In this document: positions 24,401-36,900 of the stretch, piece by piece
Layout: each line of letters opens with the position of its first letter
Numbering within the stretch: position 1 is the stretch's first letter
Assembly: GCA_964016885.1 (NCBI GenBank)
Contig: CAXHJY010001551.1
Location: 62,001 to 126,000, forward strand
Length of the DNA stretch: 64,000 nucleotides
Direction of reading: 5' to 3'
Source: Eledone cirrhosa
Taxonomy: Eukaryota
Position numbers and translations under genes: made by a program
The notes under the pieces: model-generated
Database searches by the model: none
Told to the model about the DNA's origin: nothing
The model's input: only the letters and a program-made list of their open reading frames with translations

Positions 24401-27400
24401 CTAAGCTAAGCTATCCTAAGCTAAGCTAAGCTATCCTAAGTTAAGCTACGTTAAGCTATCCTAAGCTAAGCTAAGCTAAGCTATCCTAAGCTAAGCTAAG
24501 CTATCCTAAGCTAAGCTAAGCTATCCTAAGCTAAGCTAAGCTAAGCTATGCTAAGCTAAGCTAAGTTAAGCTATCCTAAGCTAAGCTAAGCTAAGCTAAC
24601 CTAAGCTAAGCTAAGCTATCCTAAGCTAAGCTAAGCTATCCTAAGCTAAGCTATCCTAAGCTAAGCTCAGCTATCCTAAGCTAAGCTAAGCTTAGCTATC
24701 CTAAGCTAAGCTAAGCTATCCTAAGCTAAGCTAAGCTATCCTAAGGTAAGCTAAGCTAAGCTATCCTAAGCTAAGCTAAGCTATCCTAAGCTAAGCTAAC
24801 TTAAGCTATCCTAAGCTAAGCTAAGCTAAGCTATCCTAAGCTAAGCTAAGCTAAGCTATCCTAAGCTAAGCTAAGCTATCCTAAGCTAAGCTAAGCTATC
24901 CTAAACTAAGCTAAGCTAAGCTATCCTAAGCTAAGCTAAGTTAAGCTATCCTAAGCTAAGTTAAGCTATCCTAAGCTAAGCTAAGCTAAGCTATCCTAAG
25001 CTAAGCTAAGCTAAGCTATCCTAAGCTAAGCTAAGCTAAGCTATCCTAAGCTAAGCTAAGCTATCCTAAGCTAAGCTAAGCTAAGCTACCTAAGCTAATC
25101 TAAGCTAAGCTATCCTAAGCTAAGCTAAGATAAGCTATCCTAAGCTAAGCTAAGCTATCCTAAGCTAAGCTAAGCTAAGCTATCCTAAGCTAAGCTAAGA
25201 TAAGCTATCCTAAGCTAAGCTAAGCTATCCTAAGCTAAGCTAAGCTAAGCTATCCTAAGCTAAGCTAAGCTATCCTAAGCTAAGCTAAGCTATCTTAAGC
25301 TAAGCTAAGCTAAGCTATCCTAAGCTAAGCTAAGCTAAGCTATCCTAAGCTAAGCTAAGCTATCCTAAGCTAAGCTAAGCTAAGCTATCCTAAGCTAAGC
25401 TAAGCTAAGCTATCCTAAGCTAAGCTAAGCTATCCTAAGCTAAGTTAAGCTATCCTAAGCTAAGCTAAGCTATCCTAAGCTAATCTAAGCTAAGCTATCC
25501 TAAGCTAAGCTAAGCTAAGCTATCCTAAGCTAAGCTAAGCTAAGCTATCCTAAGCTAAGCTAAGTTAAGCTATCCTAAGCTAAGCTAAGCTAAGCTATCC
25601 TAAGCTAAGCTAAGCTATCCTAAGCTAAGCTAAGCTAAGCTATCCTAAGCTAAGCTAAGCTAAGCTATCCTAAGCTAAGCTAAGCTAAGCTATCCTAAGC
25701 TAAGCTAAGCTATCCTAAGCTAAGCTAAGCTAAGCTATCCTAAGCTAAGCTAAGATAAGCTATCCTAAGCTAAGCTAAGCTATCCTAAGCTAAGCTAAGC
25801 TAAGCTATCCTAAGCTAAGCTAAGCTATCCTAAGCTAAGCTAAGCTATCTTAAGCTAAGCTAAGCTAAGCTATCCTAAGCTAAGCTAAGCTAAGCTATCC
25901 TAAGCTAAGCTAAGCTAAGCTATCCTAAGCTAAGCTAAGCTAAGCTAAGCTAAGTTAAGCTATCCTAAGCTAAGCTAAGCTATCCTAAGCTAATCTAAGC
26001 TAAGCTATCCTAAGCTAAGCTAAGCTAAGCTAAGCTATCCTAAGCTAAGCTAAGCTATCCTAAGCTAAGCTAAGCTATCCTAAGCTAAGCTAAGCTAAGC
26101 TATCCTAAGCTAAGCTAAACTAAGCTATCCTAAGCTAAGCTATCCTAAGCTAAGCTAAGCTAAGCTATCCTAAGCTAAGCTAAGCTAAGCTATCCTAAGC
26201 TAAGCTAAGCTATCCTAAGCTAAGCTAAGCTATCCTAAGCTAAGCTAAGCTATCCTAAGCTAAGCTACGTTAAGCTATCCTAAGCTAAGCTAAGCTAAGC
26301 TATCCTAAGCTAAGCTAAGCTATCCTAAGCTAAGCTAAGCTATCCTAAGCTAAGCTAAACTAAGCTATGCTAAGCTGAGCTAAGTTAAGCTATCCTAAGC
26401 TAAGCTAAGCTAAGCTAACCTAAGCTAAGCTAAGCTATCCTAAGCTAAGCTAAGCTATCCTAAGCTAAGCTAAGCTAAGCTATCCTAAGCTAAGCTAAGC
26501 TAAGCTATCCTAAGCTAAGCTAAGCTAAGCTATCCTAAGCTAAGCTCAGCTATCCTAAGCTAAGCTAAGCTTAGCTATCCTAAGCTAAGCTATACTAAGC
26601 TATCCTAAGCTAAGCTAAGCTAAGCTATCCTAAGCTAAGCTAAGCTAAGCTATCCTAAGCTAAGCTAAGCTAAGCTATCCTAAGCTAAGCTAAGCTAAGC
26701 TATCCTAAACTAAGCTAAGCTAAGCTAGCCTAAGCTAAGCTAAGCTATCCTAAGCTAAGCTAAGCTAAGCTATCCTAAGCTAAGCTAAGCTAAGCTATCC
26801 TAAGCTAAGCTAAGCTAAGCTAACCTAATGTAAGCTAAGCTAAGCTATCCTAAGCTAAGCTAACTTAAGCTATCCTAAGCTAAGCTAAGCTAAGCTATCC
26901 TAAGCTAAGCTAAGCTAAGCTATCCTAAGCTAAGCTAAGCTATCCTAAACTAAGCTAAGCTAAGCTATCCTAAGCTAAGCTAAGTTAAGCTATCCTAAGC
27001 TAAGTTAAGCTATCCTAAGCTAAGCTAAGCTAAGCTATCCTAAGCTAAGCTAAGCTAAGCTATCCTAAGCTAAGCTAAGCTATCCTAAGCTAAGCTAAGC
27101 TAAGCTATCCTAAGCTAAGCTAAGCTAAGCTATCCTAAGCTAAGCTAAGCTAAGCTATCCTAAGCTAAGCTAAGCTAAGCTATCCTAAGCTAAGCTAAGC
27201 TATCCTAAGCTAAGCTAAGCTATCCTAAGCTAAGCTAAGCTAAGCTATCCTAAGCTAAGCTAAGCTAAGCTATCCTAAGCTAAGCTGTCCCAAGCTAAGC
27301 TAAGCTATCCTAAGCTAAGCTAAGCTAAGCTATCCTAAGCTGAGCTAAGCTATCCTAAGCTAAGCTAAGCTAAGCTATCCTAAGCTAAGCTAAGCTAAGC

Positions 27401-29200
27401 TATCCTAAGCTAAGCTAAGCTATCCTAAGCTAAGCTAAGCTATCCTAAGCTAAGCTAAGCTATCCTAAGCTAAGCTAAGCTAAGCTATCCTAAGCTAAGC
27501 TAAGGTAAGCTATCCTAAGCTAAGCTAAGCTAAGCTATCCTAAGCTAAGCTAAGCTATCCTAAGCTAAGCTAAGCTAAGCTATCCTAAGCTAAGCTAAGC
27601 TAAGCTATCCTAAGCTAAGCTAAGCTAAGCTATCCTAAGCTAAGCTAAGCTAACCTAAGCTAAGCTAAGCTAAGCTATCCTAAGCTAAGCTAAGCTATCC
27701 TAAGCTAAGCTAAGCTAAGCTAAGCTATCCTAAGCTAAGCTAAGCTATCCTAAGCTAAGCTAAGCTATCCTAAGCTAAGCTAAGCTATCCTAAGCTAAGC
27801 TAAGCTATTCTAAGCTAAGCTACGTTAAGCTATCCTAAGCTAAGCTAAGCTAAGCTATCCTAAGCTAAGCTAAGCTATCCTAAGCTAAGCTAAGCTAAGC
27901 TATCCTAAGCTAAGCTAAGTTAAGCTATCCTAAGCTAAGCTAAGCTAAGCTAACCTAAGCTAAGCTAAGCTAAGCTATCCCAAGCTAAGCTAAGCTATCC
28001 TAAGATAAGCTAAGCTAAGCTATCCTAAGCTAAGCTAAGCTAAGCTATCCTAAGCTAAGCTAAGCTAAGCTATCCTAAGCTAAGCTCAGCTATCCTAAGC
28101 TAAGCTAAGCTAAGCTAAGCTATCCTAAGCTAAGCTAAGCTATCCTAAGCTAAGCTAAGCTAAGCTATCCTAAGCTAAGCTAAGTTAAGCTATCCTAAGC
28201 TAAGCTAAGCTAAGCTATCCTAAGCTAAGCTAAGCTAAGCTATCCTAAGCTAAGCTAAGCTATCCTAAGCTAAGCTAAGCTATCCTAAGCTAAGCTAAGC
28301 TAAGCTATCCTAGGCTAAGCTAAGTTAAGCTATCCTAAGCTAAGTTAAGCTATCCTAAGCTAAGCTAAGCTAAGCTATCCTAAGCTAAGTTAAGCTATCC
28401 TAAGCTAAGCTTAGCTAAGCTATCCTAAGCTAAGCTAAGCTAAGCTATCCTAAGCTAAGCTAAGCTAAGCTATCCTAAGCTAAGCTAAGCTAAGCTATCC
28501 TAAGCTAAGCTAAGCTATCCTAAGCTAAGCTAAGCTAAGCTATCCTAAGCTAAGCTAAGCTAAGCTATCCTAAGCTAAGCTAAGCTAAGCTATCCTAAGC
28601 TATCCTAAGCTATCCTAAGCTAAGCTAAGCTAAGCTATCCTAAGCTAAGCTAAGCTACGCTATCCTAAGCTAAGCTAAGCTAAGCTATCCTAAGCTAAGC
28701 TAAGCTATCCTAAGCTAAGCTAAGCTAAGCTATCCTAAGCTAAGCTAAGCTAAGCTATCCTAAGCTATCCTAAGCTAAGCTATCCTAAGCTAAGCTAAGC
28801 TAAGCTATCCTAAGCTAAGCTAAGCTAAGCTATCCTAAGCTAAGCTAAGCTAAGCTATCCTAAGCTAAGCTATCCTAAGCTATCCTAAGCTAAGCTAAGC
28901 TAAGCTAACCTAAGCTAAGCCATCCTAAGCTAAGCTATCCTAAGCTAAGCTATCCTAAGCTAAGCTAAGCTAAGCTATCCTAAGCTAAGCTAAGCTAAGC
29001 TATCGTAAGCTAAGCTAAGCTATCCTAAGCTAAGCTAAGCTAAGCTGTCCTAAGCTAAGCTAAGCTAAGCTATCCTAAGCTAAGCTAAGCTAAGCTATCC
29101 TAAGCTAAGCTAAGCTAAGCTATCCTAAGCTATCCTAAGCTATCCTAAGCTAAGCTATCCTAAGCTATCCTAAGCTAAGCTATCCTAAGCTATCCTAAGC
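11800..29200 (+). repeat. Tandem duplication, unit ~8.68 kb (about 11.8-20.5 kb and 20.5-29.2 kb)
   Basis: CTACC 11991/20668, CTCTC-CTAAG-GTAAG 12281/20958 and 14750/23427 (all +8677). CTACG-TTAAG 15764/24446 and 17583/26265 (+8682), 19168/27820. CTACG-CTATC 20008/28655. CCATC 20298/28920. Confidence 0.9.
15450..19900 (+). repeat. Subfamily II domain: CTATC-sparse (A3B/A4B), ~1.6-1.8 kb modules (also about 24.2-28.6, 30.6-31.9, 49.8-54.2, 55.9-60.5 and 61.1-62.2 kb)
   Basis: Almost no AB blocks. Markers are TTAAG, CTACG-TTAAG, CTCAG, CTTAG, ATAAG, CTAGG and CTAAT-GTAAG. CTACG-TTAAG occurs at 15764, 17583 and 19168 (spacings 1819 and 1585 bp). Confidence 0.8.
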
Positions 29201-32200
29201 TAAGCTAAGCTAAGCTATCCTAAGCTAAGCTAAGCTATCCTAAGCTAAGCTAAGCTAAGCTATCCTAAGCTAAGCTAAGCTAAGCTATCCTAAGCTATCC
29301 TAAGCTAAGCTATCCTAAGCTAAGCTAAGCTAAGCTATCCTAAGCTAAGCTATCCTAAGCTAAGCTATCCTAAGCTAAGCTATCCTAAGCTATCATAAGC
29401 TAAGCTATCCTAAGCTATCCTAAGCTAAGCTATCCTAAGCTATCCTAAGCTAAGCTATCCTAAGCTATCCTAAGCTAAGCTAAGCTAAGCTATCCTAAGC
29501 TAAGCTAAGCTAAGCTAAGCTATCCTAAGCTAAGCTAAGCTAAGCTATCCTAAGCTAATCTAGGCTAAGCTATCCTAAGCTATCCTAAGCTAAGCTATCC
29601 TAAGCTAAGCTATCCTAAGCTATCCTAAGCTAAGCTATCCTAAGCTATCCTAAGCTAAGCTATCCTAAGCTAAGCTATCCTAAGCTAAGCTATCCTAAGC
29701 TATCCTAAGCTAAGCTATCCTAAGCTATCCTAAGCTAAGCTAAGCTAAGCTATCCTAAGCTAAGCTAAGCTAAGCTATCCTAAGCTAAGCTAAGCTAAGC
29801 TTTCCTAAGCTATCCTAAGCTAAGCTATCCTAAGCTAAGCTATCCTAAGCTATCCTAAGCTAAGCTATCCTAAGCTATCCTAAGCTAAGCTATCCTAAGC
29901 TATCCTAAGCTAAGCTATCCTAACCTAAGCTATCCTAAGCTATCCTAAGCTAAGCTATCCTAAGCTATCCTAAGCTAAGCTATCCTAAGCTATCCTAAGC
30001 TAAGCTAAGCTAAGCTATCCTAAACTAAGCTAAGCTATCCTAAGCTAAGCTAAGCTAAGCTATCCTAAGCTAAGCTAAGCTAAGCTATCCTAAGCTAAGC
30101 TAAGCTAAGCTATCCTAAGCCAAGCTAAGCTAAGCTATCCTAAGCCAAGCTAAGCTAAGCTATCCTAAGCTAAGCTAAGCTAAGCTATCCTAAGCTAAGC
30201 TAAGCTAAGCTATCCTAAGCTAAGCTAAGCTAAGCTATCCTAAGCTAAGCTAAGCTAAGCTATCCTAAGCTAAGCTAAGCTAAGCTATCCTAAGCTAAGC
30301 TAAGCTAAGCTATCCTAAGCTAAGCTAAGCTAAGCTATCCTAAGCTAAGCTAAGCTAAGCTATCCTAAGCTAAGCTAAGCTATCCTAAGCTAAGCTATCC
30401 TAAGCTAAGCTAAGCTAAGCTATCCTAAGCTAAGCTAAGCTAAGCTATCCTAAGCTAAGCTAAGCTATCCTAAGCTAAGCTAAGCTAAGCTATCCTAAGC
30501 TAAGCTAAGCTAAGCTATCCTAAGCTAAGCTAAGCTAAGCTATCCTAAGCTAAGCTAAGCTATCCTAAGCTAAGCTAAGCTATCCTAAGCTAAGCTAAGC
30601 TAAGCTATCCTAAGCTAAGCTAAGCTAAGCTATCCTAAGCTAAGCTATCCCAAGCTAAGCTAAGCTATCCTAAGCTAAGCTAAGCTAAGCTATCCTAAGC
30701 TAAGCTAAGCTATCCTAAGCTAAGCTAAGCTAAGCTATCCTAAGCTAAGCTAAGCTAAGCTACCCTAAGCTAAGCTAAGCTATCCTAAGCTAAGCTAAGC
30801 TATCCTAAGCTAAGCTAAGCTATCCTAAGCTAAGCTAAGCTAAGCTATCCTAAGCTAAGCTAAGGTAAGCTATCCTAAGCTAAGCTAAGCTAAGCTATCC
30901 TAAGCTAAGCTAAGCTATCCTAAGCTAAGCTAAGCTAAGCTATCCTAAGCTAAGCTAAGCTAAGCTATCCTAAGCTAAGCTAAGCTAAGCTATCCTAAGC
31001 TAAGCTAAGCTAACCTAAGCTAAGCTAAGCTAAGCTATCCTAAGCTAAGCTAAGCTATCCTAAGCTAAGCTAAGCTAAGCTAAGCTATCCTAAGCTAAGC
31101 TAAGCTATCCTAAGCTAAGCTAAGCTATCCTAAGCTAAGCTAAGCTATCCTAAGCTAAGCTAAGCTATCCTAAGCTAAGCTACGTTAAGCTATCCTAAGC
31201 TAAGCTAAGCTAAGCTATCCTAAGCTAAGCTAAGCTATCCTAAGCTAAGCTAAGCTAAGCTATCCTAAGCTAAGCTAAGTTAAGCTATCCTAAGCTAAGC
31301 TAAGCTAAGCTAACCTAAGCTAAGCTAAGCTAAGCTATCCTAAGCTAAGCTAAGCTATCCTAAGCTAAGCTAAGCTAAGCTATCCTAAGCTAAGCTAAGC
31401 TAAGCTATCCTAAGCTAAGCTAAGCTAAGCTATCCTAAGCTAAGCTCAGCTATCCTAAGCTAAGCTAAGCTAAGCTAAGCTATCCTAAGCTAAGCTAAGC
31501 TATCCTAAGCTAAGCTAAGCTAAGCTATCCTAAGCTAAGCTAAGTTAAGCTATCCTAAGCTAAGCTAAGCTAAGCTATCCTAAGCTAAGCTAAGCTAAGC
31601 TATCCTTAGCTAAGCTAAGCTATCCTAAGCTAAGCTAAGCTATCCTAAGCTAAGCTAAGCTAAGCTATCCTAGGCTAAGCTAAGTTAAGCTATCCTAAGC
31701 TAAGTTAAGCTATCCTAAGCTAAGCTAAGCTAAGCTATCCTAAGCTAAGTTAAGCTATCCTAAGCTAAGCTTAGCTAAGCTATCCTAAGCTAAGCTAAGC
31801 TAAGCTATCCTAAGCTAAGCTAAGCTAAGCTATCCTAAGCTAAGCTAAGCTAAGCTATCCTAAGCTAAGCTAAGCTATCCTAAGCTAAGCTAAGCTAAGC
31901 TATCCTAAGCTAAGCTAAGCTAAGCTATCCTAAGCTAAGCTAAGCTAAGCTATCCTAAGCTATCCTAAGCTATCCTAAGCTAAGCTAAGCTAAGCTATCC
32001 TAAGCTAAGCTAAGCTACGCTATCCTAAGCTAAGCTAAGCTAAGCTATCCTAAGCTAAGCTAAGCTATCCTAAGCTAAGCTAAGCTAAGCTATCCTAAGC
32101 TAAGCTAAGCTAAGCTATCCTAAGCTATCCTAAGCTAAGCTATCCTAAGCTAAGCTAAGCTAAGCTATCCTAAGCTAAGCTAAGCTAAGCTATCCTAAGC

Positions 32201-33900
32201 TAAGCTAAGCTAAGCTATCCTAAGCTAAGCTAAGCTAAGCTATCCTAAGCTAAGCTATCCTAAGCTATCCTAAGCTAAGCTAAGCTAAGCTAACCTAAGC
32301 TAAGCCATCCTAAGCTAAGCTATCCTAAGCTAAGCTATCCTAAGCTAAGCTAAGCTAAGCTATCCTAAGCTAAGCTAAGCTAAGCTATCGTAAGCTAAGC
32401 TAAGCTATCCTAAGCTAAGCTAAGCTAAGCTGTCCTAAGCTAAGCTAAGCTAAGCTATCCTAAGCTAAGCTAAGCTAAGCTATCCTAAGCTAAGCTAAGC
32501 TAAGCTATCCTAAGCTATCCTAAGCTATCCTAAGCTAAGCTATCCTAAGCTATCCTAAGCTAAGCTATCCTAAGCTATCCTAAGCTAAGCTAAGCTAAGC
32601 TATCCTAAGCTAAGCTAAGCTATCCTAAGCTAAGCTAAGCTAAGCTATCCTAAGCTAAGCTAAGCTAAGCTATCCTAAGCTATCCTAAGCTAAGCTATCC
32701 TAAGCTAAGCTAAGCTAAGCTATCCTAAGCTAAGCTATCCTAAGCTAAGCTATCCTAAGCTATCATAAGCTAAGCTATCCTAAGCTATCCTAAGCTAAGC
32801 TATCCTAAGCTATCCTAAGCTAAGCTATCCTAAGCTATCCTAAGCTAAGCTAAGCTAAGCTATCCTAAGCTAAGCTAAGCTAAGCTATCCTAAGCTAAGC
32901 TAAGCTAAGCTATCCTAAGCTAAGCTAAGCTAAGCTATCCTAAGCTATCCTAAGCTAAGCTATCCTAAGCTAAGCTATCCTAAGCTATCCTAAGCTAAGC
33001 TATCCTAAGCTATCCTAAGCTAAGCTATCCTAAGCTAAGCTATCCTAAGCTAAGCTATCCTAAGCTATCCTAAGCTAAGCTATCCTAAGCTATCCTAAGC
33101 TAAGCTAAGCTAAGCTATCCTAAGCTAAGCTAAGCTAAGCTATCCTAAGCTAAGCTAAGCTAAGCTTTCCTAAGCTATCCTAAGCTAAGCTATCCTAAGC
33201 TAAGCTATCCTAAGCTATCCTAAGCTAAGCTATCCTAAGCTATCCTAAGCTAAGCTATCCTAAGCTATCCTAAGCTAAGCTATCCTAACCTAAGCTATCC
33301 TAAGCTATCCTAAGCTAAGCTATCCTAAGCTATCCTAAGCTAAGCTATCCTAAGCTATCCTAAGCTAAGCTAAGCTAAGCTATCCTAAACTAAGCTAAGC
33401 TATCCTAAGCTAAGCTAAGCTAAGCTAAGCTATCCTAAGCTAAGCTAAGCTAAGCTATCCTAAGCTAAGCTAAGCTAAGCTATCCTAAGCTAAGCTAAGC
33501 TAAGCTATCCTAAGCCAAGCTAAGCTAAGCTATCCTAAGCCAAGCTAAGCTAAGCTATCCTAAGCTAAGCTAAGCTAAGCTATCCTAAGCTAAGCTAAGC
33601 TAAGCTATCCTAAGCTAAGCTAAGCTAAGCTATCCTAAGCTAAGCTAAGCTAAGCTATCCTAAGCTAAGCTAAGCTAAGCTATCCTAAGCTAAGCTAAGC
33701 TAAGCTATCCTAAGCTAAGCTAAGCTAAGCTATCCTAAGCTAAGCTAAGCTAAGCTATCCTAAGCTAAGCTAAGCTAAGCTATCCTAAGCTAAGCTATCC
33801 TAAGCTAAGCTAAGCTAAGCTATCCTAAGCTAAGCTAAGCTAAGCTATCCTAAGCTAAGCTAAGCTATCCTAAGCTAAGCTAAGCTAAGCTATCCTAAGC
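27200..33900 (+). repeat. Tandem duplication, unit ~3.36 kb (about 27.2-30.6 kb and 30.6-33.9 kb)
   Basis: CCAAG after a B-type unit at 27290/30650, CTACG-TTAAG 27820/31180 and CTACG-CTATC 28655/32015 (all +3360). CTATC-ATAAG 29390/32760. CTTTC 29800/33165. Paired CCAAG at 30120,30145 and 33515,33540. Confidence 0.9.
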
Positions 33901-36900
33901 TAAGCTAAGCTAAGCTATCCTAAGCTAAGCTAAGCTAAGCTATCCTAAGCTAAGCTAAGCTAAGCTATCCTAAGCTAAGCTAAGCTAAACTATCCTAAGC
34001 TAAGCTAAGCTATCCTAAGCTAAGCTAAGCTAAGCTATCCTAAGCTAAGCTAAGCTAAGCTAAGCTTTCCTAAGCTATCCTAAGCTAAGCTATCCTAAGC
34101 TAAGCTAAGCTAAGCTATCCTAAGCTAAGCTAAGCTATCCTAAGCTAAGCTAAGCTATCCTAAGCTAAGCTATCCTAAGCTATCCTAAGCTAAGCTATCC
34201 TAAGCTATCCTAAGCTAAGCTATCCTAAGCTAAGCTATCCTAAGCTAAGCTATTCTAAGCTAAGCTAAGCTAAGCTATCCTAAGCTAAGCTAAGCTAAGC
34301 TATCCTAAGCTAAGCTAAGCTAAGCTATCCTAAGCTAAGCTAAGCTAAGCTATCCTAAGCTAAGCTAAGCTAAGCTATCCTAAGCTAAGCTAAGCTAAGC
34401 TATCCTAAGCTAAGCTAAGCTATCCTAAGCTAAGCTAAGCTAAGCTATCCTAAGCTAAGCTAAGCTAAGCTATCCTAAGCTATCCTAAGCTAAGCTATCC
34501 TAAGCTAAGCTATCCTAAGCTATCCCAAGCTAAGCTATCCTAAGCTAAGCTAAGCTAAGCTATCCTAAGCTAACCTATCCTAAGCTAAGCTATCCTAAGC
34601 TATCCTAAGCTAAGCTATCCTAATCTATCCTAAGCTAAGCTATCCTAAGCTATCCTAAGCTAAGCTATCCTAAGCTATCCTAAGCTAAGCTAAGCTAAGC
34701 TATCCTAAGCTATCCTAAGCTAAGCTATCCTAAGCTAAGCTATCCTAAGCTAAGCTATCCTAAGCTATCCTAAGCTAAGCTATCCTAAGCTATCCTAAGC
34801 TAAGCTATCCTAAGCTATCCTAAGCTAAGCTAAGCTAAGCTATCCTAAGCTAAGCTAAGCTAAGCTCTCCTAAGCTAAGCTAAGCTAAGCTATCCTAAGC
34901 TAAGCTAAGCTTTCCTAAGCTAAGCTAAGCTAAGCTATCCTAAGCTAAGCTAATCTATCCTAAGCTAAGCTAAGCTAAGCTATCCTAAGCTAAGCTAAGC
35001 TAAGCTATCCTAAGCTAAGCTAAGCTAAGCTATCCTAAGCTAAGCTAAGCTAAGCTATCCTAAGCTAAGCTAAGCTAAGCTATCCTAAGCTAAGCTAAGC
35101 TAAGCTATCCTAAGCTAAGCTAAGCTAAGCTATGCTAAGCTAAGCTAAGCTATCCTAAGCTAAGCTAAGCTAAGCTATCCTAAGCTAAGCTAAGCTAAGC
35201 TATCCTAAGCTAAGCTAAGCTAAGCTATCCTAAGCTATCCTAAGCTATCCTAAGCTAAGCTAAGCTAAGCTATCCTAAGCTAAGCTAAGCTAAGCTATCC
35301 TAAGCTAAGCCAAGCTAAGCTATCCTAAGCTAAGCTAAGCTATCCTAAGCTAAGCTAAGCTAAGCTATCCTAAGCTAAGCTAAGCTAAGCTATCCTAAGC
35401 TATCCTAAGCTAAGCTATCCTAAGCTAAGCTAAGCTAAGCTATCCTAAGCTAAGCTAAGCTAAGCTATCCTAAGCTAAGCTAAGCTAAGCTATCCTAAGC
35501 TAAGCTAAGCTAAGCTATCCTAAGCTAAGCTATCCTAAGCTATCCTAAGCTAAGCTAAGCTAAGCTAACCTAAGCTAAGCTATCCTAAGCTAAGCTATCC
35601 TAAGCTAAGCTATCCTAAGCTAAGCTAAGCTAAGCTATCCTAAGCTAAGCTAAGCTAAGCTATCCTAAGCTAAGCTAAGCTATCCTAAGCTAAGCTAAGC
35701 TAAGCTGTCCTAAGCTAAGCTAAGCTAAGCTATCCTAAGCTAAGCTAAGCTAAGCTATCCTAAGCTAAGCTAAGCTATCCTAAGCTAAGCTAAGCTAAGC
35801 TATCCTAAGCTAAGCTAAGCTAAGCTATCCTAAGCTAAGCTAAGCTAAGCTATCCTAAGCTATCCTAAGCTATCCTAAGCTAAGCTATCCTAAGCTATCC
35901 TAAGCTAAGCTATCCTAAGCTATCCTAAGCTAAGCTAAGCTAAGCTATCCTAAGCTAAGCTAAGCTAAGCTATCCTAAGCTAAGCTAATCTAAGCTATCC
36001 TAAGCTAAGCTAAGCTAAGCTATCCTAAGCTATCCTAAGCTAAGCTATCCTAAGCTAAGCTATCCTAAGCTATCCTAAGCTAAGCTATCCTAAGCTATCC
36101 TAAGCTAAGCTATCCTAAGCTAAGCTATCCTAAGCTATCCTAAGCTAAGCTATCCTAAGCTATCCTAAGCTAAGCTATCCTAAGCTTAGCTAAGCTAAGC
36201 TAAGCTAACCTAAGCTAAGCTATCCTAAGCTAAGCTAAGCTAAGCTATCCTAAGCTAAGCTAAGCTATCCTAAGCTATCCTAAGCTAAGCTATCCTAAGC
36301 TAAGCTATCCTAAGCTAAGCTATCCTAAGCTATCCTAAGCTAAGCTATCCTAAGCTAAGCTCTCCTAAGGTAAGCTATCCTAAGCTATCCTAAGCTAAGC
36401 TATCCTAAGCTATCCTAAGCTAAGCTAAGCTAAGCTAAGCTCTCCTAAGCTAAGCTAAGCTAAGCTATCCTAAGCTAAGCTAAGCTAAGCTAAGCTAAGC
36501 TATCCTAAGCTAAGCTAAGCTAAGCTACCTAAGCTAAGCTAAGCTAAGCTATCCTAAGCTAAGCTAAGCTAAGCTATCCTAAGCTAAGCTAAGCTAAGCT
36601 CTCCTAAGCTAAGCTAAGCTAAGCTATCCTAAGCTAAGCTAAGCTTTCCTAAGCTAAGCTAAGCTAAGCTATCCTAAGCTAAGCTAATCTATCCTAAGCT
36701 AAGCTAAGCTAAGCTATCCTAAGCTAAGCTAAGCTAAGCTATCCTAAGCTAAGCTAAGCTAAGCTATCCTAAGATAAGCTAAGCTAAGCTATCCTAAGCT
36801 AAGCTAAGCTAAGCTATCCTAAGCTAAGCTAAGCTATCCTAAGCTAAGCTAAGCTAAGCTATCCTAAGCTAAGCTAAGCTATCCTAAGCTAAGCTAAGCT

